Origin: Candidatus Avispirillum faecium
Lineage (GTDB): Bacteria > Bacillota > Clostridia > Oscillospirales > CAG-272
NCBI GenBank assembly: GCA_904396155.1
Contig: CAJFOI010000004.1
Span: forward strand, 6,485 to 70,484
DNA: 64,000 bases
Direction: 5' to 3'
In this document: piece after piece, positions 58,854 through 64,000 of the stretch
Numbering within the stretch: the stretch's first letter is position 1
Layout of the letters: each line of letters starts with the position of its first letter
Made by a program: the position numbers and the translations under genes
The notes under the pieces: generated by a model
What the model was told of the DNA's origin: nothing
Seen by the model: the letters and a program-made list of their open reading frames with translations, nothing else
The model's database searches: none

Positions 58854-59789
58854 ATGATAAGAACGGAAAATCTGACGAAAAAATTTGACTCCTATACTGC
58901 CCTGAAAGACATATCCTGCACCATCCAGGACGGCTGTATCTACGGTATGGTGGGTTCTAACGGTGCAGGCAAGTCCACCTTTTTGCGTATTCTCTCCGGC
59001 GTATACAAAGCCGACGGCGGCAGGGCACTCCTGGATGGAGCCCCAATCTATGAAAACCCGCAGGCAAAGGGGCAAATTGTATTTGTTCCCGACGAACTTT
59101 ACTATATAAACGGCGCCAGCATGGAGCGAATGGCGACGCTGTATGCGTCTTTGTATCCAAGTTTTGACCGAAGTCGGTACAAAACGCTTGCAGGAGAACT
59201 TGGGCTGGATCTCAAAAAAAATCTAAACACCTTCTCCAAGGGAATGCGCCGGCAGGCGATCACCATTCTTGCACTGGCCGTCCGTCCCAAATACATCTTC
59301 TTCGATGAAACCTTTGACGGGATGGACCCGGTGGTGCGCAGCTATATAAAGAAGCTGATCTGCCAGGATGTGCTGGACCGGGGCGCTGCCGCGATCATCA
59401 CCTCCCATTCACTGCGGGAACTGGAAGACACCTGCGATCAGCTGGCGCTTTTGCACCGGGGCGGTCTGGTGCTGGAAAGCGACATTCAAAATCTCAAAAC
59501 CTCCCAATTCAAAATTCAAATTGCCTTTCAAGAGGCGTATGACAGGCAAAAATTCGACGGACTGGATCTGGTTCACTTTTCAAAATATGGCTCCGTTGCC
59601 AATTTAATTGTTCGGGGGGACCGGGAGGAAACCCTAAATAAGCTTCGCGCCATGCAGCCTGTGCTGCTGGAAGCATTGCCGCTGACCCTGGAAGAGGTTT
59701 TCACCTATGAAATGGAAGCGCTTGGATATACATTCCATCTGGAAGAAGATGCAGTCTCACCCCCCACTCCTTCCCGCAAAGTACAATGA
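58854..59789 (+). CDS. ABC transporter ATP-binding protein
   Basis: GSNGAGKST, FSKGM, FDETFDGMD, TSH. Confidence 0.93.
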   Translation: MIRTENLTKKFDSYTALKDISCTIQDGCIYGMVGSNGAGKSTFLRILSGVYKADGGRALLDGAPIYENPQAKGQIVFVPDELYYINGASMERMATLYASLYPSFDRSRYKTLAGELGLDLKKNLNTFSKGMRRQAITILALAVRPKYIFFDETFDGMDPVVRSYIKKLICQDVLDRGAAAIITSHSLRELEDTCDQLALLHRGGLVLESDIQNLKTSQFKIQIAFQEAYDRQKFDGLDLVHFSKYGSVANLIVRGDREETLNKLRAMQPVLLEALPLTLEEVFTYEMEALGYTFHLEEDAVSPPTPSRKVQ

Positions 59790-59805
59790 AAGGGCAGGCA
59801 AACCG

Positions 59806-62016
59806 ATGAAAAAGAATTTGTTCTCCAGGGGTATTTATTTAGAAGGTCTGCGGCAATTGCGCATCTTCGGGTTCATCGTACTGAGCATCTACCTGGTAAT
59901 CCTCATCTGTGCTCCAATTTTTGAATATGCAGATTATCTCCAGTACAGCCCGGAAACACAAAAGGCGCTCTATCCGCTGGTCGTAAGCTTTGAAGACCTG
60001 CTGGGACCTCTGATGGCACTTCCCGTACTTGTGGCGCCCATTATGACGCTGATTGTCTTTTCCGGCTTCAACAAACGCAAATATTCCGATTTTTACCATG
60101 CCCTCCCCTATACCCGCCTGTGTCTTTTCCTCAGCTATACAGGGGCAGTTTTGACTTGGATCTTCGGGATTCTGCTTCTCTGCGGCGGTGTGTCCGTACT
60201 GACGCGCTGCATGTTCACGCAGATGTACGTGCTCTCCTTTGCGGGCTGGGCCGATATCCTGCTGAGCCTTGCGGTCATGATCCTTATGGTCGTCGCTGCC
60301 GTCCTTTTGGGCTGCAGCTTTACAGGAACGCTTCTTGCGAACATCACCGCCTCCGGTCTGATCCTGTTTCTTCCCCGCTTTGTTATCACGATGCTCACGA
60401 GCACCATCGCCACAAAGCTTCCCTTTATCGCAGAGGAGCATTTCCTGTCCATCCTGTCCCCCCAGTACAATATCCTGATATACTACTATGGCAATATGGC
60501 CATATACGCCAACAGTACTTCCCTGAGCGGGAATCTGCAGTGTGATTTGTATTCTCTATTCGTTGCACTGGTGATGGGGATCCTGGCCGCGGTTTTGTTT
60601 GTCCGGCGCAAAAGTGAGGCGGCCGCACAAAGTGCACCCCGGCGGAGCATCCAGGCCGGAATCCGCATTGCACTGACCCTCGTCCTTTCCCTGGGAGCAA
60701 CCTGTATTTTACTCACCGACGGGCCGCAGACTATCGTGGCAACGCTGTACATCTTTGCCGTTCTCATTTATTTCATCTACGAACTGATCTCCACCCGCAA
60801 GTGGAAAAACCTGCTGCGCAGCATTCCCGCGCTGAGCGTTGTTCTTCTTTTGAATCTGGTCTTTGCCGGTCTCGTTTTGGGAACAATGCATTTTTCCTCT
60901 GCTTTCCGTCCCAACGCCGGGGAAATCACCAGTGTGCGTTTTGTCCAAGACAGTGCATCCATGTACACAAACCCCAATGCCCTTGGAGAAGAGGAAGCGG
61001 GAAATTATGCTGACCGCGCCGTCCGGGATATCACCATCGAGGATCCCAAAATCATAACTGCCGTAGCCGATGCGCTGCAGGACAACCTGGACGCCTTTGA
61101 CAAGGGAGAATATGATCGTCTTGAAAGCAAGCTCTACAACTATACGAGCACGCCCACCCACCTGGAGCGGACCGTGGCGATCCAAACGGGATCCCTCACC
61201 CGGTACCGCCGGATCATTTTCCCGTACGAAGTCATGGAATCTATCGTCGAGCAACTGTCTAATCTGCCGGATTACCGAAACGCCTACCTGACACTGCCGG
61301 ACGCGCTGTCCGGAACGGAACGGGTACACTGGGAAAGTGTCGACGGCAAGGAAACCTGGAACTGGCAGGAAATTTTTGACTGTCTTGGAGAAGAGATCCG
61401 CGAAGCGGGATTTGCCTCGTGGTACAAATTCCTCAACATGGATATCCCAAAAAGCAACGACTGGAGAGGAACATCCATCACGTATACAGCCAGAGATCCG
61501 GAGCTCTCCACTGTCACGATCCCCCTATCTGCCTCGCTGACTCCCAAAACGCTAAATCTCCTTTTGCAGGAGCACTATGAAAACAGGACGGAAGAAGAAA
61601 CGCAAAAGGTCCTCCGCCTGCTTGCGGGAGAGACCGAAATCGATCCCAGCGCAGGATACAGCACAATCCAGATCGAATACGGATATAAAAATGCGGCAGG
61701 AGAGCTGGAACAAAAATTTGCGTATCCCACGGATATATTGCAAAGCATTTCTTCCACAGATGCGGTATATGAAAACATGGATGAAAAAACCATCCTCGAT
61801 ATGCTGAAAACATTGGGAGAACAGCTGAAAAGCGCAGACGGTGTCCCCCGGTGGGATGCCTATGTGCGCGTATACTGTGACTGTCTTGTCAAAAACGAAG
61901 CCGGAGAGCGGGAAACCCTGCAAGGTGTGCTTTACTTTCCCCTGCCGGAAGCCTTCGATTTGCAAAATTGGGAAAAGCTGGAGAGCGTTGGGCCTTACGA
62001 AGGAGAAGTACACTGA
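59806..62016 (+). CDS. ABC transporter permease with large C-terminal extramembrane domain
   Basis: About 10 TM helices, DFYHALPYTR motif; operonic with GntR and the ATPase. Confidence 0.8.
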   Translation: MKKNLFSRGIYLEGLRQLRIFGFIVLSIYLVILICAPIFEYADYLQYSPETQKALYPLVVSFEDLLGPLMALPVLVAPIMTLIVFSGFNKRKYSDFYHALPYTRLCLFLSYTGAVLTWIFGILLLCGGVSVLTRCMFTQMYVLSFAGWADILLSLAVMILMVVAAVLLGCSFTGTLLANITASGLILFLPRFVITMLTSTIATKLPFIAEEHFLSILSPQYNILIYYYGNMAIYANSTSLSGNLQCDLYSLFVALVMGILAAVLFVRRKSEAAAQSAPRRSIQAGIRIALTLVLSLGATCILLTDGPQTIVATLYIFAVLIYFIYELISTRKWKNLLRSIPALSVVLLLNLVFAGLVLGTMHFSSAFRPNAGEITSVRFVQDSASMYTNPNALGEEEAGNYADRAVRDITIEDPKIITAVADALQDNLDAFDKGEYDRLESKLYNYTSTPTHLERTVAIQTGSLTRYRRIIFPYEVMESIVEQLSNLPDYRNAYLTLPDALSGTERVHWESVDGKETWNWQEIFDCLGEEIREAGFASWYKFLNMDIPKSNDWRGTSITYTARDPELSTVTIPLSASLTPKTLNLLLQEHYENRTEEETQKVLRLLAGETEIDPSAGYSTIQIEYGYKNAAGELEQKFAYPTDILQSISSTDAVYENMDEKTILDMLKTLGEQLKSADGVPRWDAYVRVYCDCLVKNEAGERETLQGVLYFPLPEAFDLQNWEKLESVGPYEGEVH

Positions 62017-62077
62017 CCCGTCATGCAAAAAAAGAAGCCCTCCATTCGCGGAGTGTAATAACGAAGGAAATAGTAAG

Positions 62078-62112
62078 GTGGCGGTGCAGTCAAAAGACTG
62101 CACCGCCACTTT
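62078..62112. terminator. Hairpin terminator after the ABC operon
   Basis: GTGGCGGTGCAGTC-AAAA-GACTGCACCGCCAC-TTT. Confidence 0.7.
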
Positions 62113-62328
62113 GCGTTGTCCGGCTGTTTTCTTTTATCAGTATTTCTCCACAGCCCTCATCAGCAAAACAACGATCCATCTGTCAGCCGATACATCCGTG
62201 TCGTTTTTCATGAACAAGCGGAAAAATCCTTCTTCATACTGCTGACCATATCCATGTCTGAATCAATATGTCCCAACCTGGATGAAAGCATTGGAATACC
62301 GAAAATCCCGACAAAAGATTGAAAGGTT

Positions 62329-62433
62329 TCATACAAGCAGCAATGATGATGTTTGCCACGCCTTTTGCCTGTCCCAGGCCGAAAAACAAAAATACAGAAT
62401 CAGCCCCAAAGCAATGGCAAAACTTCTTTTCAT
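62329..62433 (-). pseudogene. Possible decayed exported flavodoxin-like gene
   Basis: ATGA-coupled to DUF4405; signal-like MKRSFAIALGLIL; stops after 34 aa; other frames give AKGVANII and LYET. Confidence 0.25.
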
Positions 62434-63122
62434 TTTGCCTTTCTCCTTTTTCCTCCGATTTGCCTGTATAGCTTCAAGCCGTAATGAGCGATAAAAATAC
62501 AAAGTCCCATAAGTGCAAGATAGTCTACATAAAACAGCACTTTCGGTTCACTGTAATCCAAAAACACAAATGCACTTTTCAAAAAGAGATACGCTGAAAT
62601 ATCTCGCTGGATGAAAGCATATGCACCATATCCCGCAATCAGTATTCCCACCACAGCCGAAAGCACTTTGCCGATCATTGGAGCTTGTTTCACAAAAATT
62701 TTATTTCGCAGCATACCGACGAACATATTCCAGTGCAGCCCCAAATGCAGGCTCAGTAAAAGAAACCCCCAGAAAGCTGCGAGGATATGCAGCCTGCGTG
62801 CAAAAGACATACCTGCTTCAATCGATAAGAAACGGAAAACATAACGGGACATCACAATGCCGCTGTACATCTGTGCCAGCACACAAATCAACAGCAGTAC
62901 ATCGATAACAAGCGCAACAGCGCGAAGCACCGTATATTTCCCTTTGAAAATGTTTTTATGCCAGCTTTGATTCAACAGATGATGGGCAACAAAAAGAAGG
63001 AACATCCCGGCTCCAATCCACTCGTGCGCCGCCTCTCCCCAAAATTGATAGCCCATTAACAGCAAAAGCAAAACGGTCATCAAAATGTCAACCGCCAGTT
63101 TTACGGCGATTTTCGGTTTCAT
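62430..63122 (-). CDS. DUF4405 membrane protein (probable heme-binding)
   Basis: HEWIG, HHLLN, SGIVMS, LHILAAFWG, LHLGLHW. Confidence 0.85.
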   Translation of the reverse strand: MKPKIAVKLAVDILMTVLLLLLMGYQFWGEAAHEWIGAGMFLLFVAHHLLNQSWHKNIFKGKYTVLRAVALVIDVLLLICVLAQMYSGIVMSRYVFRFLSIEAGMSFARRLHILAAFWGFLLLSLHLGLHWNMFVGMLRNKIFVKQAPMIGKVLSAVVGILIAGYGAYAFIQRDISAYLFLKSAFVFLDYSEPKVLFYVDYLALMGLCIFIAHYGLKLYRQIGGKRRKAK

Positions 63123-63805
63123 TCCTCCACCGCCTTGCCCACGCAGGCAATCGCATTCAGGCTGCGGGGATAACCGATATAGGGCAGGCACTGCGAAATA
63201 ACACGGATGAGAAAGTCCTTATCGTTTCCCATATTCATATTCCCTTTGGAATGGGCGACAAGCTGCGATTCACAGCCACCCTGCGCCATAAGAAAACAGA
63301 AAGTGATCAGTTCCCGTTCCGAAAGGGTAAGTCCTTTCCGGGTATAATAGTCCCCAAAACAGTTTGCCGCAAGCCAGCGGTGGATATGCCCGGTTTTCCA
63401 TGCTTCCTTCATCTGTTCGCCGAAGATTTCAGCTTGCACCGCAACCCCTTTTGGAAGCCTGTTTTCAAGGGTAGTCGTCGCCTGTCCCGAAAGGGGCAGC
63501 GCGATCCCTTTTTCTGAAAAGATCTCGTTTGTGCAGTTTAGAAACGGCAGCATTCTGCCATAACCTAAATAATCGGCTGCCTGATATACAATTTCTTTTG
63601 CCATTACCGGTGTAACATCGTTTTCAAGCGCTTTTGGAAGCATTTCTTTGTATGCCTCCACGCCGCCGCAGCCAATAAGGGCTGCTAAAATCGCCATATA
63701 GCGTGTTTTTTCCGGAAGCTGCTGCCCTTCTTCGTTTGGCACTTCCTGAAATGCAAAATGGGCAAAGCGTTCTACAAATTCAGGATCTGTTCTGCGTAAT
63801 TCCAT
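63119..63805 (-). CDS. Carboxymuconolactone decarboxylase (AhpD-like) family protein
   Basis: TDPEF, YLGYG, NCFGDYYTR, PYIGYPRSLNA. Confidence 0.88.
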   Translation of the reverse strand: MELRRTDPEFVERFAHFAFQEVPNEEGQQLPEKTRYMAILAALIGCGGVEAYKEMLPKALENDVTPVMAKEIVYQAADYLGYGRMLPFLNCTNEIFSEKGIALPLSGQATTTLENRLPKGVAVQAEIFGEQMKEAWKTGHIHRWLAANCFGDYYTRKGLTLSERELITFCFLMAQGGCESQLVAHSKGNMNMGNDKDFLIRVISQCLPYIGYPRSLNAIACVGKAVEE

Positions 63806-63820
63806 TTTCCCGCTCTCCTT

Positions 63821-64000
63821 TCAGATTTTTTGATTTCCTGTAGACCATACGTGCTTTTCCTTCGCCGTTTCCGGCGTATTTTGCGCCATAACACCCACCA
63901 ATTTGTGCGGAACATAGGGGGCTTCTAAATAAGCAATCTCGTCATTGCTCAATACAAGTTCCGTTGCCCTGGCCGCGTCCTCAATGTGATGAATTTTTGT
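63821..64000 (-). CDS. Aldo/keto reductase, C-terminal part (truncated by the window edge)
   Basis: Open frame TKIHHIEDAARATELVLSNDEIAYLEAPYVPHKLVGVM...* resembles an AKR C-terminus. Confidence 0.7.
   Translation of the reverse strand, partial: TKIHHIEDAARATELVLSNDEIAYLEAPYVPHKLVGVMAQNTPETAKEKHVWSTGNQKI

Overview
Chromosomal window from a moderately GC-rich Clostridia-class Firmicute (Oscillospiraceae/Ruminococcaceae-like; ytvI and a SPOCS/LysM gene suggest a spore former). From left to right it holds: the decayed end of a guaA-integrated island (two half-ABC transporters, TetR, a frameshifted tyrosine-integrase fragment); a CofE-like gene + truncated guaA operon; a large DUF5722-like surface protein; rplM-rpsI; the yicC-remA-gmk-rpoZ-priA-def-fmt-rsmB-rlmN cluster; ytvI; tandem cyclophilins; an LPXTG surface protein; yqeG-pepP-efp; MarR plus a MacB-like ABC transporter; a ZTP-riboswitch-led purE-C-F-M-N-(purO-like)-purH-purD-purL-asnS run; nrdG; an M23 peptidase; a GT2; a DUF5685/J-domain/membrane protein operon; aspartokinase; HIT; an FkbM methyltransferase; a solo RHH gene; a GntR-ABC operon; and an accessory AKR/CMD/DUF4405 cluster. 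No rRNA, tRNA or CRISPR array was seen. Best leads: (1) a GuaA whose glutaminase domain has lost its catalytic Cys and H-x-E motif, apparently co-transcribed with a CofE-like glutamate ligase; (2) a DUF5685 protein with isoprenoid-synthase-like Asp-rich motifs coupled to a Cys-tailed J-domain protein; (3) a dispersed REP-like palindrome family with a compensatory base change. All calls come from reading motifs by eye. No searches were run, and refined start codons are RBS-based estimates.
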